The notes beneath the pieces are model-generated. The model was not told the origin of the DNA. It ran no database searches and saw only the letters and a list, made by a program, of their open reading frames with translations. Made by a program: the position numbers and the translations under genes. A stretch of DNA of 64,000 nucleotides from the NCBI RefSeq assembly GCF_006345805.1, contig NC_043009.1, forward strand, positions 16,058,001-16,122,000, written 5' to 3'. The DNA is from Octopus sinensis (Eukaryota). Shown one piece after another: positions 1 to 13,039 of this stretch (its first letter is position 1; each line of letters starts with the position of its first letter).

Positions 1-31
1 GCTCTCAAATTCGTAATATCCAGTCACTTAC

Positions 32-147
32 GACACTCAGAAGTGTCTCTCTGATCGTTCGACATGACAAGCATAGCAACAAAGTCATTTGCATTCCCGC
101 CCCATTGTCTTTTAGTAATGGTTAGTGAAATCTAGATTCACATACAC
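32..147 (-). other. Candidate exon of a second minus-strand gene, possibly containing the start codon (MQMTLLLCLSCRTIRETLLSV)
   Basis: Acceptor ctcatattttcAG at 149-148 and consensus donor GTAAGT at 31-26. All frames stop early in the exon, so it would be UTR plus ATG at 94-92 and 21 codons. No homology recognised. Confidence 0.3.
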
Positions 148-1169
148 CTGAAAATATGAGGTGACTACCAGCCATATGACATTCATTTGTACGTTTGTTC
201 GTTTATGGGTGCTCTGCGGTTAGATAATAACAACAAAAGCAACAACATCGACAACAATAACAACAATAGCAGCAATGGTGAAGCCAACAACAATAGCAAC
301 ATGAACAATGAAAACAAAGCCTGTTATATCGAATCTGTGACCATTCATTTGTTCAATAGAAAAGTAGAAGACCATTGTGATTGGAAAACTATTTCCCCAA
401 GTGTCAGAGGAAAAGGACAAATTTCGCAATTATGTTTCCCCATTTAATGGTTACTCCAACCGTTTCATGTACCTAAAAGTTTCAGCTGCATAATAAACTG
501 CAATTCAATCGAAATCAATAATGTTAACATCTCAAGTATTCTTCAATTTAATAAATAGACCTAAATTAAATAGTTTTAATATTATTTATCTTAGGCTGAG
601 TTTGAACAAAGTTTGTCCCGTTTTATGAGTCACCTAATTGCATTTCACGCCATTGTGAAACCACGAATCTCTGAACGAATCTAATCAAGCTGCACTTGAT
701 CTCCAAGCTACGGGTATTCTAAGTGTCAAATGATGAATGCTTGGAAAGTTTTGAAGTATCAAAAAGTTTTCTTTGAAAATGTAGTTAACTTTTGTTTCGT
801 AGATTCACTTTGTTTCAACCCACGCAATATATTTATTAGCTTTCATGATAATTCACGACACATTTGGACATATATATTTTGCATATAAATATATTTTTTA
901 AATATGCAATTGTTTGCAGTCGATGATATAGATTTTATTCGAATATCCTGTGAGAAGTCACGTTTGAAATATTTGAAAGTCACTAATGATATTTGTCAAA
1001 TTAGGTTATGAAAATGACATGAGTGCTGTTAAAATGAGTACAAGCACTTTTTTTAAATTTTAGAATATCAGAATTTAAAAGCCATTCAATCATTAATATT
1101 TATGTCACGATTGGTTTAGTTTCTTTAACTTTTGGAGAAATTCAAACTTTTCGTTGATTATTCGTTTGT

Positions 1170-1560
1170 TATTTTACTTGTTTCGACCATTAAATTGTGA
1201 CCGTGTAGGCCACCATCTTCGAGAGTTTTAGTTAGTTATTATCGACATTACTGTTTATGTTAAAATCCGGTATTTACTCAACCACTCTCTTTCTGGCTAG
1301 CTACTAAGGGTGTGTAAACAAATAAACACATGTTTCCAGGAAGTGAGAAACGAACACAAAGACGCATTTACACATGTACACATACGCTCGCTCGCAGGCA
1401 CATACACATATGTATGTATTCGATGCTTTTCTACAGAGTTCCAATCTATCATATTCACTAGCAGACCCTGCGTTGTCGTAGAAGTCCAAGGTGCCGTGCA
1501 GTAGAACTGAGCCTGAAATCAGTAATCAAACTTCTTAAATACACAAGCATACCAGCGCCT
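1170..1560 (-). mobile_element. Old family B-like SINE
   Basis: Degenerate match to the tail (ttttacttgtttcgaccatt) and head (ccaaggtgccgtgcagtagaactgagcc). Confidence 0.55.
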
Positions 1561-2215
1561 ATCTTAAAGTTTTATCACCAAGCATAATTTTTCTTTAATT
1601 TTGTTATTTTGAAAAAAAAAATGTTTTACTGTTTTTGTATGTGTACAATATTATTAAAAACATTGATGCGTTTATGATAGTTGATAACATAACTCCACAA
1701 CAATTGATATAGACGTAAAAGCACAACGATATATTAAAGTACCAAATCCTAGAACAGAGGAAATTAAAATTATAGTATAGAAAGGCTAATAATGGCTCTC
1801 GTTGTTAGAAATTATTTATAGATATCAATTATTTATAAATAATTTGTATAAATGTTTTATTTTGATGGAAGATGTGTGATATTGTTTATCTGACAGTGAT
1901 TTGGCTGTTATTTTTATAGAAGCACTGTCATTGGTTCAGTTTTGACTTGCAAAATTGCTCTACTGTAATCAAAGTCAAGACAGTGTTTTTATGTTTTTCG
2001 TAATGATAGTTTAAATAAAAAAAATCATGTCCATTATAGACGATCATATGTATCATCTCTGCCTACTTCGGAAACACTCTTCAATTATATTGTCTTCTTT
2101 AAAATTACACAATATCCATATTTAAGCTCAGCCATTTATTGTCAATAAATTTTACAATATTTTAAATAATAAAATGTTATGATTTGTTATTTATGTAGCT
2201 AATGTACCAATATGT

Positions 2216-2599
2216 GGAGGCGCAATGGCCCAGTGGTTAGGGCAGCGGACTCGCGGTCATAGGATCGCGGTTTCGATTCCTAGACCGGGCGTTGTGAATG
2301 TTTATTGAGTGAAAACACCTAAAAGCTCCACGAGGCTCCGGCAGGGGATGGTGGTGATCCCTGCTGTTCTCTTTCACCACAACTTTCTCTCACTCTTACT
2401 TCCTGTTTCTGTTGTATCTGTATTTCAAAGGGCCGGCCTTGTCACTCTTTGTGTCACGCTGAATATCCCCGAGAACTACGTTAAGGGTAGACGTGTCTGT
2501 GGAGTGCTCAGCCATTTACACGTTAATTTCACAAGCAGTCTGTTCCGTTGATTCGGATCAACCGGAACCCTCGTCGTCGTAACCGACGGAGTGCTTCCA
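2216..2599 (+). mobile_element. tRNA-derived SINE, family C, full length
   Basis: A box TGGCCCAGTGG and B box GGTTTCGATTCC. Near-identical inverted copy at 24230-24622. TSD-like gtaccaat(at)gt at 2204-2215 and 2600-2609. Confidence 0.9.
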
Positions 2600-3313
2600 G
2601 TACCAATGTATAACCAGTTTGGAGAGGGAAAATTTTCAACGCGAAACGTATCTAAAAATAGTACTTCACATATATTATACACTCTTCATTCATCACTTAT
2701 TACTGATACTGCATTATTTATTTGTGGTTGCTGGGTCTGCTTTAAAATGCAGCTAAATTTTCCAAAAGTCAAGAATCTGAATAAGAGTATTACTAGGCAA
2801 TCCACACATACAATCACATCCACGCCCACACTCCTGTTTGCGTACACACGCGCGCGCAAACATGCATACCCACCCATATATGTATGGAAATATCTGAGCG
2901 TACACATATATGTATATGGATACATGAGTGCATATATACATACATGCACACATGCATATATGCATATATACATACATTCATTCATACACACATACATACA
3001 AGCATACATCATACATACATATATATTTGTAAATTGTGTAGCTTTGGCACCTTCCTATGTGTGCTGGTAATACAATCAGTAGATATTTCATGTACAATGA
3101 TACTTGGATTAAAGAATTAATACGTTACACCATGACATTTACGAAAGATGTGTTCAGACAACATTCGTGGAAACTTGGAATAAAAACTGCATATTAGTTA
3201 TTTTATATCATAATCTGCAGTAAAATGACAACCTCCCTGCCAACGGGCCAACAGGTACTTCATTGTATTTCTCACGGTGAAATTGTTAGTGAACGTCTGT
3301 AAGTGGGAGCAAC

Positions 3314-3765
3314 GGATCTTTTCGGTTTGAACGGCAGTTTTTTTCAAGCGGTGTCATATGAAATTGTCACCCATAATTATGACCCTAGTATCGATCTATT
3401 GCATTTCAATCTGTTTTAGGGTTTAGGGTAGTTAGGGTTAGTTAGGGTTAATTAGGGTTAGGTTTAGGGGTGGGGGAAGGGTATCTTTTTTTCTTCACAA
3501 ATGTAAATAAACCCAATCTGTTTCTTAAACGAGGGGCATAGTCATGCGGCACAGAATGTTTTTTAACTTAATGGACATCATCGATTTGTTGAAATTGCAG
3601 AAATTGAAGAAAAAAACAGCAAATATCTTACAAACTATAGAATTTTCTCAATAAAGCCAAGAGAAAAATATGTTTTATAAACACATTCTACCAGCATAGG
3701 ATGTTTAAACTTTTTTAGTTACCTAGAAATTATGTTAAAAACTGCCGTTCAAACCGAAAAGGTCC
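3314..3765. mobile_element. MITE with ~29-bp TIRs, 8-bp TSD and internal degenerate TTAGGG repeats
   Basis: ggatcttttcggtttgaacggcagttttt at 3314 and aaaaactgccgttcaaaccgaaaaggtcc ending 3765. Flanks ggagcaac (3306-3313) and agagcaac (3766-3773). Confidence 0.85.
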
Positions 3766-5392
3766 AGAGCAACGGTTTCGTTCGCCGAGCACCAGTTTTG
3801 TGATATTCCCTACCATGATATATCGGTAAACACACACATACGCAAATACGATAGGCTTTGTCACAGATTCCAAGAACCAAGAGTTCTCTCACACGTTATT
3901 GGTCAAATTGAAGCTTTAGTAAAATACATATGTCTAAGATTTCGCGCAGTGTGATCGATCCTGGTATCACAAGATTCCGTAACAAACTTCTCACCCGTAC
4001 AGCCATTCTAACATTTAATATTTTTTGATAACCATATTGCCATAATAAATAGCATACTATAATTTCACGGGAAATTAATTTCTTTATTCTGACGTACCAT
4101 CACCTTTATATTCTATGTTAACAATTTCTAATCAATAAGATTACAAGAGCCAATATTTCTATGTTGGGAAATCAAATACCCATTGTCAGTTGATAAGAAT
4201 GAAGCGGATAAGCTATATTTTATTATAATGGTTATATTGTGACATGATGAACTAAAATACTGTGGGAAATTAAATAACGTAAGTATATAATGTTATAGAG
4301 TTTATGATAGTATTTAAACTTTTTGATATATATGTTCTATAAATTAATTAATAAGCCTGTTTATCAAAAGTCAGATTATGTATCTGAAGCGGCACAAGGT
4401 GACCGAAAATAAAAAAGGGACTTAAGTGCAAATAGGTTCAACAAATGACGGTAGCGATGCGAATTCAGCTGATTTCCTCAGAAGAGCAAAATGACTACGT
4501 TAATGACAGTTCTATTTTCAAACCGTTTCTCTGGAGGATTGAGATAAATAAGATTGGAAGTCACCTAGGTAATGAACGGCTGATCACTCAAGGAAATAAA
4601 TGTTGAAAAGAATTTAAGTTTAGACGGTATTGTCATCTCTTGCTTCAATATGAAACATAGCAATATAATTAGAATTTCCACCTAGATGTGAATTTGAATT
4701 GTTTCTTGTATCTCTCAAATATTAGAACTGTTATAAATGTTTAAGAAATCTACTAACACTTATCACCAACACGTTTTCTATTAAGGGTGAAAAACAAGCC
4801 ATTATTTAGTATGTTACCACCCGCTTCCTCGGCACAGGTATTCGAACTGTATTCCGCTATGTTGCACCATGAGTAAGTATCTATGTTTGGCTGATTAATG
4901 ACTTCTGTACAAAATTTTGTTTAGCTGAAACTTTGTGGAAAATGTGTGTATGCATGTTTGCTGCGGGTGTAAGGCATATAAGCCAATACAAGCTTTGTAG
5001 GCTAAACGGGTAACATCACCAAGCTTCATTGATGAGACAATGAATTTACGGACACAGTCAAGAGATAAAAGAGGGCATTGAATCAAAGAACTGAATGAAC
5101 GCAGGAGAAACAAGATCTATCCAACAAAATGCTGCGGATTAGATATTACCTCAAATCTGTAGAGATACGATACCTAGTGGGCTTTCAACAGATTGTCACT
5201 CCAAATTAGTACTTTCCCTGAATAACGTGAGTGAGTTTCAATTGGTATTTTCTCATTTCTGAAGTTATTCCATATCTCCAAAAAAAAAATTAATTATGCG
5301 AGAAATTGGAGAAAATGAATATTGTTTTTCAGAAGCAAATGAATTAGCAGTAAACTTTAAGAAAGTATTCATAATCATTATTCCATATAGAA

Positions 5393-5600
5393 GGCGGTGA
5401 GCTAACAGAATCGTTAGCGCGACGGGCAAAATATTTACCGGCATTCCGTCCGTCTTTATGTTCTGAATTCAAATTCCACCGAAGTCGACGTTACCTTTCA
5501 TTCTTTCGTGGTCGATAAAATAAGTACCAGTCAAGCACTGGTAATCGTGCTACCCCATCCCCAGGAATTGTTGGCCTTGGGCCAAAATTTGAAACCATTA
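5393..5600 (+). mobile_element. tRNA-derived SINE, family A (diverged)
   Basis: ggcggtgagct...gaattcaaattccacc...gtcgac...cctttcattctttcgtggtcgataaaataagtaccag, shared with more than 10 copies in the window. Confidence 0.85.
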
Positions 5601-6309
5601 TTACTTCCATATAATTTAATTAAATTTAAGTGAAAATTTCAATGCACGTTACTGATGCAATTTGGTGACTTAATTCTTGATGTGTTTGACGTGAAGGCAT
5701 GTAATTCATAAAAGGGCTGCTAATATTTGATCCCCTTTCTTCCTAGAAATGCAAATGAAAATATGCTGTAATCTTCACAGTAACTCTGAATTTAAAATTC
5801 TGCAAAAATTTTAATGTGATTAAACAAGTGCCGAATAATTTTTATTGTTATTATATTTTATTCATTTGAACATTTGAACCCTACGATCACAAAACAAAGT
5901 AAATTTAAGGTTTCGGTCAAGAGAATAGAAACTGACGTTGTAGAAACACGAGGCTGAATACTTTTAAAATATCAATTATTAACTTTTAACAGTCGTCATT
6001 GAATTTGATCGCAAAGATTAATTCACGATTTGGAAAAGTTCCATAATTCTAATTTGATCATAAGACAATTATAATTAGCAACTTTAATTTAACAATTTAT
6101 TACAAGTTTGTATGCCATGACAGTTGATATTTATTTCCACTTTAAACAGTTTTATGCTTTGATAACCAGATTTAATTCGATAAACGAGACGAAGGTTAAT
6201 ACAGATTTAAACAGGATGACCTGTCAATTTTAAATTATAACTTTTAACCTTTAAAACCATAAATTAACATATCAAATTACTCTTATTGATATATTTCTTA
6301 AATGTAGAA

Positions 6310-6548
6310 CAATGATTTTCAACTGGGGTCCGTATGACCCCAGGATGCCCATAAAATATTTTGTTGTAAAAGTTTATGTGCAATAAATTGCTTATATTTC
6401 TACTATACATGAGCTGTTATGACATTTTTTAATGCAATTCCTAATAATATTTTACTTATGAAAATATAATAATATTTTTTAAATATTGAATGGAGGGTCC
6501 ATTAGAGTAAAATAGGGATCCGTAGGTAAAAAGTGGTTGACAGACACT
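6310..6548. mobile_element. Degenerate hAT-type MITE
   Basis: Begins caatgattttcaactggggtcc and ends gtggttgacagacactt, resembling CAGTGGTT(C/T)TCAAC...GTTGA(G/A)AACCACTG hAT termini. Confidence 0.45.
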
Positions 6549-7849
6549 TCTGTACAAAATAAAAATTAAACTAATTTTATAAACTGAAATATATTACATT
6601 TATGCATCCTATGAAAACTTTCGTTGAATTTATTGCTTTTTACAGTGAGTGGAAACGGAAGACAGTATTGTCAACTGGGTCATCCAGTTTTATATATTTT
6701 AGCTATGAACATTATTAGCAGGCTACAAACCAATATCCTTCAACTGGTTGTCCACCATTATTATCTAGGGATTTAATCTATCATATTACGTTCGTAGTTT
6801 GAACACAATTTTATTCGCCAGGGTTACGCTATAATTTGCACTTACAATTCACAACAGTTTTTTTATTACACTTCAATCGTACACTACATCGCCTCACATT
6901 TAAAGAAGTACCTCTGTGTGGTTGCATGCCATACGAAAAATAGCATTCATAAACCCCTAAATTCCACATAACCGTCTTGAAAATGAGAGGAAAACACAAA
7001 ATAATGTAGTTCTAGATATACATTGCTCAAGACATTGAAATTAGAAATTGGGCGCCTCAAGTATCTTCGATCATAATTTTGTTAAACACCAACTATTAAC
7101 TTACTATTTCGTTACCTTATAAAACTTTCCTAACCTTCCATTGTAACAGAGCTGCTAGAAATAAGAAAGAAAACTCCCTGATATCACACAACAAAAATGA
7201 ATTAAATAACGTAGCCTTAGATGCAACATGCGTAAAAACTATTTTAGAAGATGGTCACGGATGGAATGCACTTAATCTATGTGGTTGATTGACTTGCTAA
7301 AAATAGCAACCAAATTTCCTGCAGTTTGCAACGTACTGCAACTGAAAACTGGTTAACGTAATCCATTTTATGTGATTTACAAAAAAGATGAGACAGTCTC
7401 ACCTTAAATACGTTTTCATCGTAGTTACGTTTGACCTGGGAGAAAATATCTTTATAGATCCCGGAGATTAACAAAGTAAACTTTATCTTAGGAACTGAAG
7501 AAACTAGAGAAAGCGAAATGGAAAATATTAAGAATTTTAGTGCGAATAATTGTTTCTACCACGTCAGTATTTTTCAAGTACAAAAATATTGGGATTATCC
7601 AAATTGCTCAGCAAGAGTAATTTGGACTATTTACAGAAATAGATTTATCACTGACTGGATAAAGCCACGTCAGTCTGTACTTAATTAAACAACGCCCTTT
7701 ATATTGCACTGCACTATAATAAATTACAATAAAAAGAGCTACACTAATATCTCATCACTCACGAAATTTTATCCATCCTGAAAGCCGGTTTCGAATCTTC
7801 CCTGAAAACAATTTTTACGGAAATAAGAAACTTCACTATTATCCACGTA

Positions 7850-8530
7850 TCTCCCATAGATTTGTAAGACGAATACAAGTAATTAAAAGAAAGTTATACA
7901 GACCAAGCCAAATAAAGGTGTTTAAATGATCACCGAACAGTTATGACTACAGTCAAACCTCTCCTACTACAAAACTTTCTATCATCAACTGCACAACACA
8001 CTGACACACCGACCATTGAAATTAAACAAACACTATTATAAACACCCAAATTATCGGTAGAGGCATTTCTAACAAAAGTCTATTAGAAATCGTATAATTA
8101 ATCATTACATAACAGTACATACATTAACCTAAGTACCTCAGAACGTCTGGAAGGGAATCCTCTAAAATAAGACAACGTTAATACAAGCACAATTAGACAA
8201 CTTAAATATTAAACTTGCTACAAATATATGGGCAATTCGCAAACACAACACGCTATTCGTACACATAACGGAATATTCAAGCCCCATTCCAAAAATACAC
8301 AAAATAATAAACAGATCAAAACAAAGGTAGGAATTATCAACGAATGTATACCAAATCAGAAAGAGAAATTTGGTAAACATTTGTTAATAAAAATCGGGGA
8401 TACAAAATGCATCAAAAATTACAAGATTCTCACAAGGGTCTACACCACCTCAGATATCACAAAAATCGATGTCAACAAATATTCATTTACACTAACAGCA
8501 AATAAAATCTTTATGAAGCAACTTTTAAAA
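7850..8530 (+). mobile_element. Penelope-like element fossil (RT thumb to GIY-YIG region)
   Basis: Frameshifted TVK-LSYY...HN resembles PLE (N)TVKLSYS...SHN. KLATNIWAIRKHN resembles the GIY-YIG LSKYIWELK segment. Many stops. Confidence 0.5.
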
Positions 8531-10067
8531 TTATAGTAAGGAAGCGTGAGAGTGAGAGAACAAGAGAAAAGGAAAAGCTAGAGATTAACTGGAGACTTTC
8601 CTCGACATTCATCTCTGTTCTCTCTCTCTCACTTTCTCCATCTCTCTCTCTCTCCCTCTCCTTCTCTTCCATACATATCACTTTTGGATAGTTATCCGAT
8701 TACTTTGAGTTAATAATCCGTGTACTATTCAAACCCCGCACCAAACGATTATGCATACAATTCTTTTCTTCTTCACTGACCGACACAATTTCAAGGTAAA
8801 AATTGACTTAGCCAATATTACTACTTTTCCGTCACTGAACCTTATCATTCCTTCTCACATTAATCAATGGTAATAACTGCTTCTAACATAGGCACAAAGC
8901 TTGGAATTTGGAGGGAGTTGAGAAACAGATTATATCTATTCCTATAATTCATCTCCCAAGGATTTGATATCTGACCGTAAATAGCGGAAACGAATATCAC
9001 AAGAGTCTAAGAATTCTTCTAACTTCAGAGTCAAATTAATTGTTTCTGATTTTGGCAGAAGGCAGTAGTTTTCAGGTAGAGGAGTTTAATCGACACTATC
9101 ACTTCCAGTGCTCAACTAGAATTATATTCTATTGATCCAGGAGACAGAGTTGGCATGGTTGGAATATGAACCCAGAACATAATGAGCTGGAATTCAGCAT
9201 CCATTTTAATAAAATCAATGTCAAGTATGAAAATCTCATTTAAATACCATTTATATAAATGATATCTGTCATATCAAGAATAAACTAAGGTTCTTTACAT
9301 GCTACAGCAATGGAGAGTCAAAGCTTCTCTTCTTTATGTTATACCATTCAATATGATTACTAGCGCATAAAATTGTTCATTAGTCTAATATTTTAAGTTA
9401 CAAACTACTTGTCTGTTCAAAAACCTAACATAAGAGGATAGCAATAAGATTTACAAATCTTAGCAATCAGATAAGAGTTGGGTAATAATGATTACTTTTA
9501 ACAAAAGCTCTTGCAATATAGCGGTCATGAATTAGTTCTAAAATGTTCACCTGCAAATCTAACTCATTGTCTTCTCTTTGATATTATCCGCTCACTGAAG
9601 GCACCGAACGAAAGTAGCAAGTGTGCGTTCATCTCAAAATCTTTAGTGGGTATTATTGCTTAATTTTCAGTGTTAAATAAAACTTAGAATTATTTGGTTG
9701 TATTAGAAAATGTTAACATTTTATTTGCTTTTCATTTGCAACGACTTCATAATATGTTGCATCAGAATATAGCTGTTTAGTCTACGATACATAATTTTAT
9801 TTTAAGAAAAACTAGAAGCAATTGATAATTCGTATTACTATAAGCGGGATGCAGGAACGTACAGAGCTCGTAATAGATAAGGTTTCCTTTAATATAGAGA
9901 ATGCTTGAAACTGTCTAGTGCCAGTACAAATTACTTAAATTAATGTAAATAGCTTTGTCTCTTGTATCACTGGGTAGATCATAGAAATAAAGTCTGAGAG
10001 AACTAAACATTAAGATATAATGCACTACTACTACTACTTCTACTTGTAGTAATGATAATAATTTTGT

Positions 10068-10585
10068 CTACTTTGGCAAATAACCATAAATTTTGTGGGG
10101 TAAGGAGACTGGTCGATTACATCGACTTCAGTATTTAACTGGTACGTATTTTATTGACCCCGCAAAGATGCATGCGAAAGTCGACGTCAGCAGAATTTGA
10201 ACTCAGAATGTAAAGATAAAGGATATGCCGCTAATCATTTTGTCCGGCGTGCTAATTATTGTGCCAGCTCGCCGCCTGAACATCAACATCAAGAACGACA
10301 AAAACAGCAACAACTACAGCAGTAGTAGTAATAAGGATAATGCTTTCTGCTATAGGTACAAGGCCTGACATTTAGAGGGAAGGGACCAGTCGATCACATC
10401 GACCCCAGTGTTCAACAGGTACTTATTTCATCAACACCGAAAGGATAAAAGGCAAAGTCGACCTCGGCGGAGTTTGAACTCAGAACGTAACGGCAGACGA
10501 AATACCGCTAAGCATTTCGCCCGGTGCGCTAACGTTTCTGCCAGCTCGCCGAAATACCGCTAAGCATTTCGCCCGGCGTGCAAAA

Positions 10586-10637
<52 letters not shown>

Positions 10638-10710
10638 TCTGAACGTGGCGGCAGACGAAATACCGATAAGCATTCCGTCCAACGTGCTAACGATTCTGCC
10701 AGTTGATCGC
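10068..10710 (-). mobile_element. Cluster of three tandem family A SINE copies (10068-10278, ~10340-10580 with duplicated head, ~10640-10710 partial)
   Basis: Each contains the reverse complement of the family A head and core (tttgaactcagaa, ccgctaagcatttcgcccgg, gccagctcgcc). They are separated by (AAC)/(AAT) tracts. Confidence 0.85.
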
Positions 10711-10746
10711 CTTAACAACACCAGCAACAATAACAGCAGCAGCAGC

Positions 10747-10777
<31 letters not shown>

Positions 10778-11039
10778 TAAGAAGAAGAAGAAGAAATATT
10801 TTTTCTATCAGTAGTTAAAAATAAAAAAGGTGAATTGCTTCTTTTTAAGGCCAAGGTCAACACTCTCATCGATCGCTGACATTTGACCTCTGCTGACCCA
10901 AAGAGTGTGAAATCTCTTTTGTCTCCTTATCGCACTGGATTGTTCACTGCTGACCTCCTCCCCATCTCCCCAATCTATTTACAGGTCTGTAGGATTTGGC
11001 CTATTCACCAAACTGCTACTCTTCTACTTTCCCCTTCAA

Positions 11040-12450
11040 CACTCACATCGGTATAAAATTTGGGATTACCAAATGCTCAGTACTTCACATGAGAAGAGGC
11101 AAGAAAGCAGCGTGCAGAGGATTGCGGTTACCATCAGGAGTGACCATGGGTGAACCCGACGGTGGTAGGTATAGATATGTAGGAATTTTGGAGCTGGATG
11201 ACATTCTACACAGAGAAATGAAAGTCAAGATCAACGAGGCGTATCAAAAAAGGGTGAAGATGGTGTTGAAACCCAACCCGAATGCCATAAATTTGATTAC
11301 CGCAATGAATATATGAGCAGTTGTGGTGGTCAGATATAGTGCGTCCATCCTCAAATGGACTAAGGAGAAAATATCAACACTGGATAGAAGGACGAGAAAG
11401 TTGATGACGCTGCATGGGGCGCTACACCCTAAAGCAGACTGTATATGAAAAGAACTGTAAACAGACTGTATATGAAAAGAAAGAACGGTAGCAGGGGACT
11501 AATTAGTATAGACCATTGTATAAGGAGTGAAAGGAGAACGTTTGGCGAGTACTTGATAAATAGTGATGAAGACCTGTTGCAATATATGCGAAAGATATCG
11601 GTGTAAATGCTGATGAAATGGGCAAGGAAGAATTTGACCAAAGAGCTGAAAACAAGAGAAAAGAAAACTTTCATGAAATGAGAATGCATGGACAGCTTGG
11701 AAGGAATACATAGGACGTATGGCTTCAGCGAGGTAATTTGAAGCGTACCACCGAAAGCCTGATCGTTGCTGCACAAGACCAGGCTCTCGCTACCAATTCA
11801 GTGAAGTATTACATCTATAAAACTTCTGACACCCAGAAATGCAGACGCTGTGGGAAAAGTGTGGAAAATGTGATCCATTTGCTAAGTGAATGTGACAAAG
11901 TGTGTGTGTATCTTCGTTGGCTCTTATACTGTAAATATGAAGTAACAGAGAACTGGTATGAGCATGTAACAAGTAAAGTTATGCAGGAGGAAGGAAAAGT
12001 AACGATATTCTGGGACTATAAGTTTCAAATTGATCGTCTAACCGAACACCGTCGGCCGGATATTGTCATATTGAATAAGAGCGACAAATACGATCAGATC
12101 ATAGATGTAGCCATACCAAATGACATGAATGTTGTGAGTAAAGAGGTTGAAAAAATCACCAAGTACTCCGAATTGAAAGTGGAAATGGCAAGACTGCAAA
12201 GAATGCGAGAGGGTAATGTAAAAGTAATACCAGTGGTAATCGGAGCGCTGGCCTCAATCCCATTGAAACTTCAAAACTTCTTAAGGTAACTGGAAATCCC
12301 ATGCAAGATAGGTGTCTTCCAAAAACCAGCCTTACTGGGCACAGTCACATCTTAAGGAATGTATTATCTGTCTGAGGTCCTTGTTGTCATTTGACAGATG
12401 ACTAAAGACTCGGGTGCATTTTTACTTACACTATGTTACGAAAGAATAAT
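11040..12450 (+). mobile_element. R4/Dong-clade non-LTR retrotransposon, 5'-truncated and decayed (RT C-terminus, CCHC finger, REL endonuclease)
   Basis: IGIKFGITKCSVL, YRYVGILE, TESLIVAAQDQAL, CRRCGKSVENVIHLLSEC, RRPDIVILNK...IIDVAIP...EKITKYSEL, VIPVVIGALAS. The 3' end runs into (AAT)n at ~12447. Confidence 0.93.
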
Positions 12451-12589
12451 AATAACAATAATAATCACAATCTTTTCTGCAAAAGGGGATTAGAGAAGGA
12501 TGGCGGAAGAAAGCAGCTTAGAGTATAGAGTCGTATCAAAAAGGTAAAGATAAACTCACTGGAAATTGTATGCGTCGCGTTCAATTAAA

Positions 12590-12800
12590 TAATGGGTTCA
12601 ACGAAATAATATGTAATATACAGTTCTATATTTAAGAGATGAGGAATTATGTACATTATCTACATTATTTACCTTTGATGGATATTTGTCCTCATCGTGT
12701 TTGTTGTAAACACAACGTTTCGGCTGATATAACCTCCAGCCTTCATCAGGTGTCTTGGGAAAATTTCGAACCTGCGTTCTCATTCCTAAGGTATTTTTCG
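12590..12800 (-). repeat. PLE-terminus-like module containing a minimal hammerhead motif (12708-12755)
   Basis: Minus strand agacac CTGATGA a ggctg-gaggttatat-cagcc GAAA CGTT gtgttt. Lies 3' of a same-strand PLE RT fossil. Part of the module recurs at ~19020-19330. Confidence 0.75.
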
Positions 12801-12801
12801 A

Positions 12802-12865
<64 letters not shown>

Positions 12866-12991
12866 TATGGTACTATATTTACTAGAAGTGAAATTTTTTA
12901 TCTATTATGGAACGGATTACTTTGATAAGGTTTTTATTTATTTATTTTTTTGCCATAATGTAGAATAAGCCCAATTATATTATTGTTGTTG

Positions 12992-13038
<47 letters not shown>

Positions 13039-13039
13039 T

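Noticed and set aside
2216-2290. tRNA gene
   Set aside because: The A and B boxes are present, but it continues into a SINE body with TSDs and a second dispersed copy.
4787-4872. Plus-strand exon candidate ending GA|GTAAGT
   Set aside because: No homology, no partner exons found, and splice-site matches of this quality are expected by chance.
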